From a virus (taxonomy: Duplodnaviria; Caudoviricetes), in the IMG/VR virus record IMGVR_UViG_3300023105_001971, positions 1 through 39,868 of that record: 39,868 nucleotides of DNA; one strand, written 5' to 3'. The notes under the pieces were generated by a model. It made no database searches, had not been told where the DNA came from, and saw only the letters and a program-made list of their open reading frames with translations. This document shows, piece after piece, positions 9,652-18,853 of the stretch. The stretch's first letter is position 1; each line of letters begins with the position of its first letter. The position numbers were made by a program, and so were the translations under genes.

Positions 9652-10959
9652 TTTGCCATAAAATTTTCTTAATCTTTTCAAGTTATGATAATTGTGCATT
9701 AAATCGGGTAACATTTCTTTATACATTTCACGCATTTCGTCTAAACTAAATTCGCTTATGTAATCAATAACTTCTGTAATACGAACTAATCTATCAGTGT
9801 TTTTTACAATGTTATCATAATCCTCAGGCCAATATTTTTCAAAAGTTTTAAAACCCATTTGATGTAACATTTTTATTGTTCCAGGCGCAGCAACTTCGAT
9901 AAATGGACGTATACTTTTAATAGCATTAAAAGTTTTTTCACTCATGTTTGGCCAAGGTTGTGTAACTCTACTTTCATTTACAATTACACAAAAACATTGT
10001 TCATATGTATCTAAAGGATCTTGTGTTTTTCGTTTATTAAATTGTACAGGTGTATCGTAATCAGGATCTGATTCTCTTGCCCTACATGCTTGTGGATTTT
10101 TAACTTCAAAACTCAAAGGTACTACTTGTCTAAGTTTTTCATTGCCTTCTAATAATGAATTTGCAACTTGAGGATATTTTTGTTCAAATTTATTCCAATC
10201 AAACCACATACGTTGTTTCATATCTTCACGTTGTACATCAAAGTAAAAACTTGCTTTGCTTTCTTTTAACAAATTTTTTGCTGCTAAATGACTGGTAATA
10301 AAATGACGACTTGGATCATATCTCCATGCTGCACTAAAAAATTTGTATTCAATCTTTTCTGCTAAATGACTTATTGGCGGATATTCGTCATTTGGTCCGC
10401 AACCTCGTTCATTAAAATCTTCTTGTATTTTAAATCTATCACTGCACCATGCAATAAACAAATCTGTATTTTTAAGTGTTACGTTTTTGTATATTTTTTT
10501 ATAATGTTCGGTACACATAAAATCTGTACAATGTACATGAATGTTTAATCCATGTTCTGCTGCCCAAGCATCAAGACTGTCTAATTCGTAACAACGAATT
10601 TTTTCCATATCATCATCGTCGTTGTCTATTTTTAAAATATGCGGTTCTAACACTCCTCTATCATTTGGAATGTAGTGTGTTAGTACTTCAACAAACAAAA
10701 AGTCAACTGTGTTTTCTTGTAATACTTTTTTATGTGCAGGAGTAATAAACAGTTTTTCTAAATTAGGAATATAATGTGTGCCGTTGTAAATGATTGTAGG
10801 ATTTGGATTATCGTAAATAAAACTTTCTTTTACAAGATCCATTAGGCTTTCAATTTTGTTCATATGATTTAACGGTGTTCTGCTTCCGTCATGTTTTATT
10901 AATTCCGGTAACAATTTATTTCTAGGTAAAAAGTATAGCCCGCTAAACCAGTCTTGCAA
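9631..10959 (-). CDS. Putative glycosyltransferase (GT10/fucosyltransferase-like C-terminal motif)
   Basis: TTG start with GGAG SD; 'IVNES...MSEKTFNAI...RPFI...GFKTF...DYD...HNY' resembles the GT-B 'ITEK' motif. Confidence 0.55.
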   Translation of the reverse strand: MQDWFSGLYFLPRNKLLPELIKHDGSRTPLNHMNKIESLMDLVKESFIYDNPNPTIIYNGTHYIPNLEKLFITPAHKKVLQENTVDFLFVEVLTHYIPNDRGVLEPHILKIDNDDDDMEKIRCYELDSLDAWAAEHGLNIHVHCTDFMCTEHYKKIYKNVTLKNTDLFIAWCSDRFKIQEDFNERGCGPNDEYPPISHLAEKIEYKFFSAAWRYDPSRHFITSHLAAKNLLKESKASFYFDVQREDMKQRMWFDWNKFEQKYPQVANSLLEGNEKLRQVVPLSFEVKNPQACRARESDPDYDTPVQFNKRKTQDPLDTYEQCFCVIVNESRVTQPWPNMSEKTFNAIKSIRPFIEVAAPGTIKMLHQMGFKTFEKYWPEDYDNIVKNTDRLVRITEVIDYISEFSLDEMREMYKEMLPDLMHNYHNLKRLRKFYGKLNKRVN

Positions 10960-10979
10960 AAGTGTTCTCCTAAGTTCAT

Positions 10980-10999
10980 TAAATACCCATATATTTATT
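10980..10999. promoter_or_regulatory. Overlapping divergent TAAATA motifs
   Basis: + TAAATA 10980-85 and - AATAAATA 10999-92, each followed by GGAG and a TTG start. Confidence 0.5.
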
Positions 11000-11012
11000 G
11001 GAGTATAGAATT

Positions 11013-11804
11013 TTGGCTTTTGTTTTTAATAAGAAATATCCGTTGATGGTTGATTTAGAGTATAGAAATGCAACACTAAAATGGTATAGTACAGATACAG
11101 AAGACATATATCCAAGACATATAAAAGAAAATGGTCCTAACTGGCGTTGGGAAAATGTCGACATTGAATACAAATTCAACAGCATGGGTTATAGATCAAA
11201 AGAAATAGATGATGTTGACGATAACTTTATGATAGGGTTTGGTTGTAGTTATACTGAAGGTGTAGGCATTCATGAACAAGACGTTTGGTTACCTAAAGTT
11301 GCACGTAGATTAGGAATGGATTATGTTAATCTAGCAAAACAATCAAGCGGCATGGATATACAAGCCTATAATGCAATATTGTACAAAAACAGTGGATTAA
11401 AATTGCCTAAATTGGTTGTAGTGCAATGGCCGCAAATGTTTAGATATAGTTTTGGTTATCTAAATAGAAAAATGAACAGTGTTGAACTTTGGGATAGAAG
11501 TTATGAAAACAGTGTAGATGGTAAATGGTGGACTAAACGTTACATTCAAGATCCTGGCTGTATGATGATAAATGTGTTAACATGGTACCATTCATTTAAT
11601 AACACTTGGGAAAGTTTGGGCGTTCCTGTGGTAAACTTTAGTTGGGAATTAGACTTAGTAGAAGAATTACAGTATAGTAAAACTCCGTGTCATTTTATTG
11701 ATCCTGAAGGAGTAGGTAGCACACAAGCAAGAGATTGTTGTCACGATGCACCAGAATTTCATGATCTAACAGTAGAAAAATTATTTGATCTTAAGGTGTT
11801 CTAA
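11013..11804 (+). CDS. SGNH-like protein (GCS variant)
   Basis: 'YKFNSMGYRS...GFGCSYTEGVG', 'NLAKQSSG', 'VQWP', C-terminal 'ARDCCHD'; TTG 11013 follows GGAG (track start 10998; start uncertain). Confidence 0.7.
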   Translation: MAFVFNKKYPLMVDLEYRNATLKWYSTDTEDIYPRHIKENGPNWRWENVDIEYKFNSMGYRSKEIDDVDDNFMIGFGCSYTEGVGIHEQDVWLPKVARRLGMDYVNLAKQSSGMDIQAYNAILYKNSGLKLPKLVVVQWPQMFRYSFGYLNRKMNSVELWDRSYENSVDGKWWTKRYIQDPGCMMINVLTWYHSFNNTWESLGVPVVNFSWELDLVEELQYSKTPCHFIDPEGVGSTQARDCCHDAPEFHDLTVEKLFDLKVF

Positions 11805-12798
11805 CCAAGTCTAGTGTACAGCAATGGAAGCACCCACCTAATGTACGTGCGTGACGCAATGGCAACATAGCACATTCAATACCGTGTGCTTCTAGTGCTT
11901 TACGAGTCGGTTCTTGATGTTCTTCTAATACAACTAGATTAGGATTAACACTAAACAAGTTAACATTCCAAGTCCAAATACTGCTGTTACATAATCCTGG
12001 ATAATGTCCAGCATCTACAGGATCAGGTGCCCAAATAACATCCCAATCTTTAAAAGGACCTGGTAGTACATCTTTGCTTTTAATTCTACTTGGATTAGCA
12101 AGAAGTAGTCCTTCTCTTAAAAATGCAATAGTGCTGTCAATATGCATGTAACTATATACATTTTCTAATGTGTGTACTCGGTAATCAGTGGTTGATTCTT
12201 GATAACTACGGTCTGGTGCATTTACCCATTCTTGTAAATAAGCAGCACCTGCTTTGTTTCCACTATTACTAACCAAATATAATATGTCATCGTTAGCCCG
12301 GATAGCATTAGCAGCGTCAAAGCATGGTGCTACTTCAGTTAGTGCAAGACGGTCTGGGTCGCCTACACATGTTTCATCGTATAGGTCGGTGCGATCAATA
12401 CGTGGGGGCGCATTAACACCTGCTATATGCGGTAGCATATGATGAAACTCTTTGTCTCTTGCAGTAAGACTCATTGGAGCCGCAAGGAGTTTTTTTCCAT
12501 GAACAAACACAGTATCACGTGGACAGTAGTTGTAATATTCAACTTCCGGAGTGCGTTTAGGTCTTACAACCTCTACACCCTCTCCTTCTAAAAATTTAAC
12601 AAAAGTTTCAAGATCTTCGTTGCTTTCTTCAACAACTTGATCTGGGTATAATCCTGAGACAACATCGCTAACGTCTTTTTTGTCTGCATAATTAATACAT
12701 CTTAAACTTTTATCCATTTCTGGAATACGGCAATAATCAGCAACTCCGACTACAACCTTTTTTAGTGGATCCCACTCGTTTGTGCTATAAATATTCAT
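11791..12798 (-). CDS. Amidinotransferase (glycine/inosamine-phosphate amidinotransferase family, pentein fold)
   Basis: 'NEWDPLKKVVVG', 'YCPRD', 'FDAAN' (Asp), 'HIDST' (His), C-terminal 'LGGCFHCCTLD' (catalytic Cys). Confidence 0.9.
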   Translation of the reverse strand: MNIYSTNEWDPLKKVVVGVADYCRIPEMDKSLRCINYADKKDVSDVVSGLYPDQVVEESNEDLETFVKFLEGEGVEVVRPKRTPEVEYYNYCPRDTVFVHGKKLLAAPMSLTARDKEFHHMLPHIAGVNAPPRIDRTDLYDETCVGDPDRLALTEVAPCFDAANAIRANDDILYLVSNSGNKAGAAYLQEWVNAPDRSYQESTTDYRVHTLENVYSYMHIDSTIAFLREGLLLANPSRIKSKDVLPGPFKDWDVIWAPDPVDAGHYPGLCNSSIWTWNVNLFSVNPNLVVLEEHQEPTRKALEAHGIECAMLPLRHARTLGGCFHCCTLDLVRTP

Positions 12799-12808
12799 AC
12801 TATATTTA
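12786..12808. promoter_or_regulatory. Divergent T4-late-like promoter motifs
   Basis: + strand TATAAATA 12786-93 upstream of 12818 (AAGGA SD); - strand TAAATA (12808-03), 4 nt, ATG 12798. Confidence 0.6.
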
Positions 12809-12817
12809 AGGAATTAT

Positions 12818-13606
12818 ATGGGTAGATTATTCACTTTTGGTTGCAGTTATACTTACTATGCATGGCCTACTTGGGCAGACATTATAGCAGTAGATAGAAA
12901 CCTTGATTTATATAACTTTGGTATTGCAGGTTTAGGAAATGTTGGAATTAATCAACGTGTTCTTGAAGCAGATTGCAAATATAACTTTACACCAGAAGAT
13001 CAAATAATGATTATGTGGACCAGTTGGTGCCGAGAAGATTTAATAAAAGGACTCGGTTATGAAGCAGCAGGAAGTGTTTTTTCTAAATATTCGATCAAGC
13101 ATTTGCAAAAACATTATGATTACGGAGACACACTTGTAAAAAATCATAATGCAATAATTTACACAAATAGTGTTTACAATATAAACTGGCAAGGCACAGC
13201 GTTTGACCAAGAATGGCTTGAAAGTGGATCAAAGTCTGGAGATTTTTTATTAGACAAAGAACCTATATTTTTTGAAAGATTAAAACAAATGTATTCAAAA
13301 AAAATGCCAAACATCAATCGAATTGGTTTTAAAGAAAGTGGCGCTAAAAAAAGTTTTGATATATTGCATGACGGTCACCCTGATATTCTTGATCATTTAA
13401 ATATTGTACAGCAAGATATTTGTACATTAAAGCAATCTACAATTGATATAACTACAGAACTTCATAACAATGTAAAACACATGTTAGGACGGCAAAACTG
13501 TAAAAACATCGATGATGCTATGCCTATAATTGATAAAATTATCAAGAGTCAGTATCTAGAATTTCATAAAATCAGACATAATACACTCACAAGGGGAATA
13601 GTATGA
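12818..13606 (+). CDS. SGNH-like protein, first of a tandem trio
   Basis: 'LFTFGCSYTYYAWPTWADII', 'NFGIAGLGN', 'MWTSWCRED', 'DGHPD..H'. Confidence 0.7.
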   Translation: MGRLFTFGCSYTYYAWPTWADIIAVDRNLDLYNFGIAGLGNVGINQRVLEADCKYNFTPEDQIMIMWTSWCREDLIKGLGYEAAGSVFSKYSIKHLQKHYDYGDTLVKNHNAIIYTNSVYNINWQGTAFDQEWLESGSKSGDFLLDKEPIFFERLKQMYSKKMPNINRIGFKESGAKKSFDILHDGHPDILDHLNIVQQDICTLKQSTIDITTELHNNVKHMLGRQNCKNIDDAMPIIDKIIKSQYLEFHKIRHNTLTRGIV

Positions 13607-14421
13607 ACACTTTATATACATTTGGTTGTAGTTTTACGCAATATCATTGGCCTACATGGGCAAACATTATTGCATATGATTTAAATATGACTCTTAAAAA
13701 CTATGGACAAGTTGGAATGGGTAACTTTGGTATCGCTAATAGAATACTAGAAGTAAATGAACGTATCGGTGTTGACAAAGACGACATGCTAATGGTGCTG
13801 TGGAGCAGTTGGGATAGAGAAGATCGATTAAAAGAAAAACAATGGCGTGGTGAAGGCAGCGTTTTTTCAAACGACGAAACATACGGTATAAAGTGGTTAA
13901 AAAAATACTACGACGACAGTGATAAAATAATGAAAAATGTGTTTTGGATTCACAGTGTTAACAGATTATACGGTAAACGTTTAACATGGCAAGGTTCGGG
14001 TTTTGATTATTATCGTAACGACACATTTTTTGATGAAACACCAGCAGGATTAGATGAACATGCACAAGCAATGATCAAAACATATGGACATTTAATGCCA
14101 GAAGTTTATCACTGGTTAAATGCAGAAGATAGGCACAGTTTTCATCACCTAGCAGATGCACATCCTGATATTAAAAAACATTTACAACTTGTACATGATG
14201 TAATTTATCCTGCACTTGGTAAGACGTTGCGTCAAGAAACATTAGATTTATTCATGCAAGTACAAAAAAGTTATGAAGATGCAAAAACGTTTTTTAATGA
14301 TCCTGAATCAGAGCCTCAAAGAAGTTTAGAGTTTTTAGACAAGTATTGGCCTGAAGTTAGAAAAATGTTAGATCGAAGTGATTGGGATTTAGCAGATGGT
14401 ACTAGTGTAATAGGACATTAA
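13603..14421 (+). CDS. SGNH-like protein, second of the tandem trio
   Basis: 'FGCSFTQYHWPTWANII', 'GMGN', 'WSSWDRED', 'DAHPD..H'. Confidence 0.7.
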   Translation: MNTLYTFGCSFTQYHWPTWANIIAYDLNMTLKNYGQVGMGNFGIANRILEVNERIGVDKDDMLMVLWSSWDREDRLKEKQWRGEGSVFSNDETYGIKWLKKYYDDSDKIMKNVFWIHSVNRLYGKRLTWQGSGFDYYRNDTFFDETPAGLDEHAQAMIKTYGHLMPEVYHWLNAEDRHSFHHLADAHPDIKKHLQLVHDVIYPALGKTLRQETLDLFMQVQKSYEDAKTFFNDPESEPQRSLEFLDKYWPEVRKMLDRSDWDLADGTSVIGH

Positions 14422-14422
14422 A

Positions 14423-15247
14423 ATGGCAAGATTATTTACATTTGGTTGTAGTTTTACAAATTACATGTGGCCTACTTGGGCAAACATTATTGCATTTGAT
14501 CAACAATTAGAATTAAAAAACTTTGCTGTTGCAGGAATGGGTAATGTTGGTATTATGCAACGAGTATTAGAAGCAGATTTAAAATATAAATTTACGTCTG
14601 AAGACAAGATAATGATTATGTGGACCAGTTGGAGCAGAGAAGACAAAATTATTGATAATCATTATCAGGGTAAAGGTAGTATTTTTAATCACGAACATTC
14701 GTTTCGATGGCTAAAAGAAAATTGGAGTATGGAAAACGATATTGTAAAAAATATTTCTGCAATTCATATTGTAAACAACATGTACGGCAACTATATTCAA
14801 TGGCAAGGACACAGTAGTAAACCTTATACCAGTGAAATTGATAGTCATCGAGCAGAATATACAAAGTCGTTAACTGAAGAATACGCAATTAAATTAATTA
14901 CTAAACTGTATAGACAAGCATTGCCCGATATTGAATATAGAATTTTAGAACAAGACAAACTTGCTTTTGATTGTTTTGGCGACAGTCATCCTGATGTAGT
15001 TGAACACATGGAAATTGTTAAAACTTGGATATATCCTGCACTTGGATTAGAATTACGAGAAGAAACACATCGCGAATATGAAAGTTTACAACAATACATC
15101 TACAACATTTTTACTAAAAAACAAATTACAAAGTTTGAAGATGCAATACCAATTGTAAACGGAATTTTAATCAAACAATTTCCTCAATTAATGGAATATC
15201 AAGATATTCAAAGTTTGTTAGATAACATTGAAGAAACGTCAGGGTAG
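14423..15247 (+). CDS. SGNH-like protein, third of the tandem trio
   Basis: 'FGCSFTNYMWPTWANII', 'AGMGN', 'WTSWSRED', 'DSHPD..H'. Confidence 0.7.
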   Translation: MARLFTFGCSFTNYMWPTWANIIAFDQQLELKNFAVAGMGNVGIMQRVLEADLKYKFTSEDKIMIMWTSWSREDKIIDNHYQGKGSIFNHEHSFRWLKENWSMENDIVKNISAIHIVNNMYGNYIQWQGHSSKPYTSEIDSHRAEYTKSLTEEYAIKLITKLYRQALPDIEYRILEQDKLAFDCFGDSHPDVVEHMEIVKTWIYPALGLELREETHREYESLQQYIYNIFTKKQITKFEDAIPIVNGILIKQFPQLMEYQDIQSLLDNIEETSG

Positions 15248-15795
15248 TTTTGCCAACTCCAAATTTCAGGTTGTGTAGCAATAGCATCAGGCAATTTATC
15301 CAATCCTACTTGTGCAGTTTCTGGTGTCATGTAATAATGATACCCTATTGAAGAAATATCTTGATCTGCCCACGGTGCATTTCTATGACGCCCGTCATAA
15401 CCTAGTTTGATAAGTGCATCTCTATCTTGTTTGTTGTCACAAAGTATTATGCCGCCTCTGCCTAGTTTTAAATGTTTGCGAAATTGAAAACTTAAACAAG
15501 TATATGTACCCGGTATATAACTATTTTGTCTCCACATGGTTGCAGCATCAATAATGTTGTCTGTAATGTAATAATACTCGGTCCATTTATCGTCAACAAA
15601 CTGCCAATCAATGCCTAGTTTTTCAAAAGTCATAGGCACACTTAAATATGTGTGTTGAGGACTTTTTGCTGTTTTACTTTGTGTGTGTCTTAAACACAGT
15701 TCTATTGCATGTGTACAGCAATCTGTGCTCACTGCATAAGGTGCACCAAAAAATTCAGCAATCGCTTTTTCAAATTCATCTACTATGTGGAACAT
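15208..15795 (-). CDS. Miniature DegT/DnrJ/EryC1/StrS-family PLP aminotransferase-like protein (195 aa)
   Basis: 'EFEKAIAEFFGAPYAVSTDCCTHAIEL', 'IIDAA', 'SFQFRKHLKLGRGGII' (PLP lysine), 'GYHYYMT'; lacks the usual C-terminal domain. Confidence 0.8.
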   Translation of the reverse strand: MFHIVDEFEKAIAEFFGAPYAVSTDCCTHAIELCLRHTQSKTAKSPQHTYLSVPMTFEKLGIDWQFVDDKWTEYYYITDNIIDAATMWRQNSYIPGTYTCLSFQFRKHLKLGRGGIILCDNKQDRDALIKLGYDGRHRNAPWADQDISSIGYHYYMTPETAQVGLDKLPDAIATQPEIWSWQNYPDVSSMLSNKL

Positions 15796-15810
15796 AAGTA
15801 TACTTATGTT
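15791..15810. promoter_or_regulatory. Perfect 20-bp palindrome containing both divergent start codons and ATAAGTA motifs
   Basis: AACATAAGTATACTTATGTT is its own reverse complement; each strand reads ATAAGTA-TACTT-ATG. Confidence 0.75.
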
Positions 15811-16924
15811 GTTATTTGAAGCCGAGACAGATATTTCGAAGATTTACAAAGATGGAAATTTTTATTACTTTTTGTGGGGTACAAGTTTTCCTGAACATGT
15901 TTATGACATGATGAAAAATCAAAAAAAGCCAAAAGGATTTTATGTTGTAGGACCTGAAGAATGGGAACCTGTTATGTTGTTCAGTGATCCGATGCATTAC
16001 GAATCATTTAAAAGTTATGTTAAAGAACACAACATTGATTTTAAAATTATTGCTGGCGCTGTAAACGACAAAAAATTTAACCCTAATTATGCATATGCAG
16101 GTGAAAAACCTTTTGAAAATCATCCTACGTATTTTGCACATGCAATAATATATCATGCAGTAACAAATGGTGTACAACCATATGGTATAAAAACTAAAAA
16201 AATACAAAAGTTGTTTACTAGTTTAAACGGACGTCCTCATCGTTGGCGGTGTGAATTTGTTGATACAATGTATGAACATGGTATGTTTGATGAAGGATAT
16301 GTAAGTTGGCATGAGTTAGACAAGGACGAACACTTTCCAGACTATGCTTATGAATGGAAACATTGGACGCCACGTATAATTAACTTTGATATCAACTGGA
16401 ATAGATCTGATGGAATGAAAGATTTGTTTTTGCCGCCAAACGAATTTAAAACCAGTGCAATTAGTTTAATCAGTGAAAGCAATACAAAATGTTTGTTCTA
16501 TACCGAAAAAACTTTTGTGCCTATTTTTCATCAAAGGCCTTTTGTAATTTATGGTGCTCCATACGCAAATACATATTTAAAAAACATGGGTTTTGAAATA
16601 TTTGAAAATATAATTGATTACAGTTTTGACAGCATACTTGATGATACTGAAAGATGTCAAGCATATTTTAAAGAGGTTGCAAAACTCAAAGATATGCAGT
16701 ATAATGAAATTGTAGAGTCTACCCATGCAAGAGTGCAGCACAATTATAATCGTATGATTGAAATAGTTGAAAACAAAGAGTATGTAAGCGATACATGGAA
16801 TCAGATAACAACCAACTGTAAAGAACATCAGTACTTGTCTAATTACTATAACATACTTAATATTGGCAAAGACGAACAGTATATTGAATGGAAACAAAAA
16901 TATGAAAATTCTAATAACAGGTAG
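15806..16924 (+). CDS. Putative glycosyltransferase (GT10-like 'TEKT' family)
   Basis: 'FTSLNGRPHRWR', 'LISES...YTEKTFVPI...RPFVIYG...GFEIFENIIDYSFD...HNY'; ATG 15806 preferred because 15785 overlaps the divergent gene. Confidence 0.55.
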   Translation: MLLFEAETDISKIYKDGNFYYFLWGTSFPEHVYDMMKNQKKPKGFYVVGPEEWEPVMLFSDPMHYESFKSYVKEHNIDFKIIAGAVNDKKFNPNYAYAGEKPFENHPTYFAHAIIYHAVTNGVQPYGIKTKKIQKLFTSLNGRPHRWRCEFVDTMYEHGMFDEGYVSWHELDKDEHFPDYAYEWKHWTPRIINFDINWNRSDGMKDLFLPPNEFKTSAISLISESNTKCLFYTEKTFVPIFHQRPFVIYGAPYANTYLKNMGFEIFENIIDYSFDSILDDTERCQAYFKEVAKLKDMQYNEIVESTHARVQHNYNRMIEIVENKEYVSDTWNQITTNCKEHQYLSNYYNILNIGKDEQYIEWKQKYENSNNR

Positions 16925-17813
16925 TAGTGGATTTATAGGTCAACACCTAATGCCTAGACTACAAGCAATCGGCGAAGTACATGAACTTCAAAGCGACTTA
17001 AAACAGCATTATGCAGTAAAAGAAGAAATTGCATTTGTAGAGCCCGACATTATTGTACACCTTGCTGCACGTACAGAAGTTCAAGAAAGTTTTTACGAAC
17101 AAATTGAATTTAGCGAAGTAAACTATGTTGGCACAGTAAACCTAATTGAAGCGTGTAGACAACTTGACCCTATGCCTTACTTTGTGTTTGCTAGTACAAT
17201 GGAAGTTTATGGATGGCAACCAATCAGTGACGAAGTTGAAGAGACTGGAACATATGTTAACAGTGTTGCATTTGATGAACACACAGAGCCGCATCCAAAC
17301 GCACCTTATGCAGTTGCAAAATATGGTTGTGAAAAATACCTTGAGTATGCAGAACGTGCATATGGATTAGAGTGGGCAAGTTTCCGTCAGACAAACAGTT
17401 ATGGACGCAAAGATAACGATTACTTCGTAACAGAACAGATTATTAGTCAAATGCTCAAAAGTGACGAATGTAATTTAGGTTATGCAGAACCTTATCGTAA
17501 TTTTATTTACATTGACGATTTGTTAGATGCATGGATGGCTGTTATTGAAAATAGAGAAAGTTGTAAAGGACATATTTTTACAATTGGTCCAGACGAACCA
17601 CGTAAAATTCGTGACTGTGCAAACTATATTGCTGAACAATTGGATTGGCATGGAACAATCAATTGGGACACAAAAGCACCAAGATTTGGTGAAATCTTTT
17701 GGTTAAACAGCAACCACAACTTGCTTACTGAAAAAACAGGTTGGAAGCCTAAAGTGTCTTATGAAGAAGGCATAGCAAGGACTATTGCACATTGGAAGCA
17801 AAAACTCAAATAG
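16902..17813 (+). CDS. NAD-dependent epimerase/dehydratase (extended SDR, NDP-sugar modifying)
   Basis: 'MKILITGSSGFIG', 'HLAA', 'NYVGTVNL', 'STMEVYG', 'YAVAK' (YxxxK), 'RNFIYIDD'. Confidence 0.9.
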   Translation: MKILITGSSGFIGQHLMPRLQAIGEVHELQSDLKQHYAVKEEIAFVEPDIIVHLAARTEVQESFYEQIEFSEVNYVGTVNLIEACRQLDPMPYFVFASTMEVYGWQPISDEVEETGTYVNSVAFDEHTEPHPNAPYAVAKYGCEKYLEYAERAYGLEWASFRQTNSYGRKDNDYFVTEQIISQMLKSDECNLGYAEPYRNFIYIDDLLDAWMAVIENRESCKGHIFTIGPDEPRKIRDCANYIAEQLDWHGTINWDTKAPRFGEIFWLNSNHNLLTEKTGWKPKVSYEEGIARTIAHWKQKLK

Positions 17814-18853
17814 TATACACAAATTGGGATCCTTGCAATGATGTAGAAATGCTTGGGTTACAACGAATGCCGTTCAAGGAATGGGTGTCCAACAAGAGCG
17901 GCATTTACCTGTATGCAATAGATTATAGATATAATTTTAATTCAAAAGAATTAAAGTTTGCAAATTATGATAATGTTTACATTTTGCTAGATGATACACT
18001 TGAAGCATATAGTTATAGAAGTTTTAAAAAAGTATACAATTTAGTTAGGCAATACAAGTTAGAAAATCGTGTAATATATGCAACTGGACATCTCGATGGT
18101 AATCGCGAATACGAAAATTGGCTTGCTTACAATGACAAAATTTACAATGTTTATGTAATGAACAATTGGTATTGGCGTCATAGAGATTGGACAATAGATT
18201 GCGGCAACGAAGTGTCAGTTGACAAAACAAAACTGTATTGTTGTATGCAAAATAGAGGACGTGAACACAGGCAAGCCACTACAATATATTTACATCAACA
18301 AAATTTACTCAATGATGGTATTGTTAGTGCAAATTTTAATCTCAATTTAGACTGTAATTTATACAATGCTGATTTAACAACACAAAAAGATTTTACTGAT
18401 AAAATTTTACCTTTGGTTGTTGATATAGGTGGCACAGGTGACAAGTGTTATCCTAACGATTTAAATCCAAAAATATACAATGATACTTTAATTAATTTGG
18501 TTAGCGAAACATTTTATCATGAAAAAACAAATAACCATGTAAGCGAAATGTTTATTACTGAAAAAACATATAAAGCCTTTACAGCATATCAAATTCCTGT
18601 TATAATAGGACCAAAGGGTATTGTTGAAAAATTACGCAGTTACGGTTTTGATATGTTTGACGATATTATTGATCACAGTTATGATAATATGGAAGACAGC
18701 GATAGGCTTTTTGCAGCAATTGATAATTTAAAAACATTACAAAAAAGAGATATAAAATGGTTTAGTGATAAAACCAAACAACGTAGAATTAAGAATAAAG
18801 AACTTTACCTAGCAGGTGTAAACATAGACGAGAAAGTAACAACATGCTTGTAG
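17792..18853 (+). CDS. Putative glycosyltransferase (GT10-like 'TEKT' family)
   Basis: 'CCMQNRGREHR', 'NLVSET...FITEKTYKAF...LRSYGFDMFDDIIDHSYD'; TTG start uncertain. Confidence 0.55.
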   Translation: MEAKTQIVYTNWDPCNDVEMLGLQRMPFKEWVSNKSGIYLYAIDYRYNFNSKELKFANYDNVYILLDDTLEAYSYRSFKKVYNLVRQYKLENRVIYATGHLDGNREYENWLAYNDKIYNVYVMNNWYWRHRDWTIDCGNEVSVDKTKLYCCMQNRGREHRQATTIYLHQQNLLNDGIVSANFNLNLDCNLYNADLTTQKDFTDKILPLVVDIGGTGDKCYPNDLNPKIYNDTLINLVSETFYHEKTNNHVSEMFITEKTYKAFTAYQIPVIIGPKGIVEKLRSYGFDMFDDIIDHSYDNMEDSDRLFAAIDNLKTLQKRDIKWFSDKTKQRRIKNKELYLAGVNIDEKVTTCL

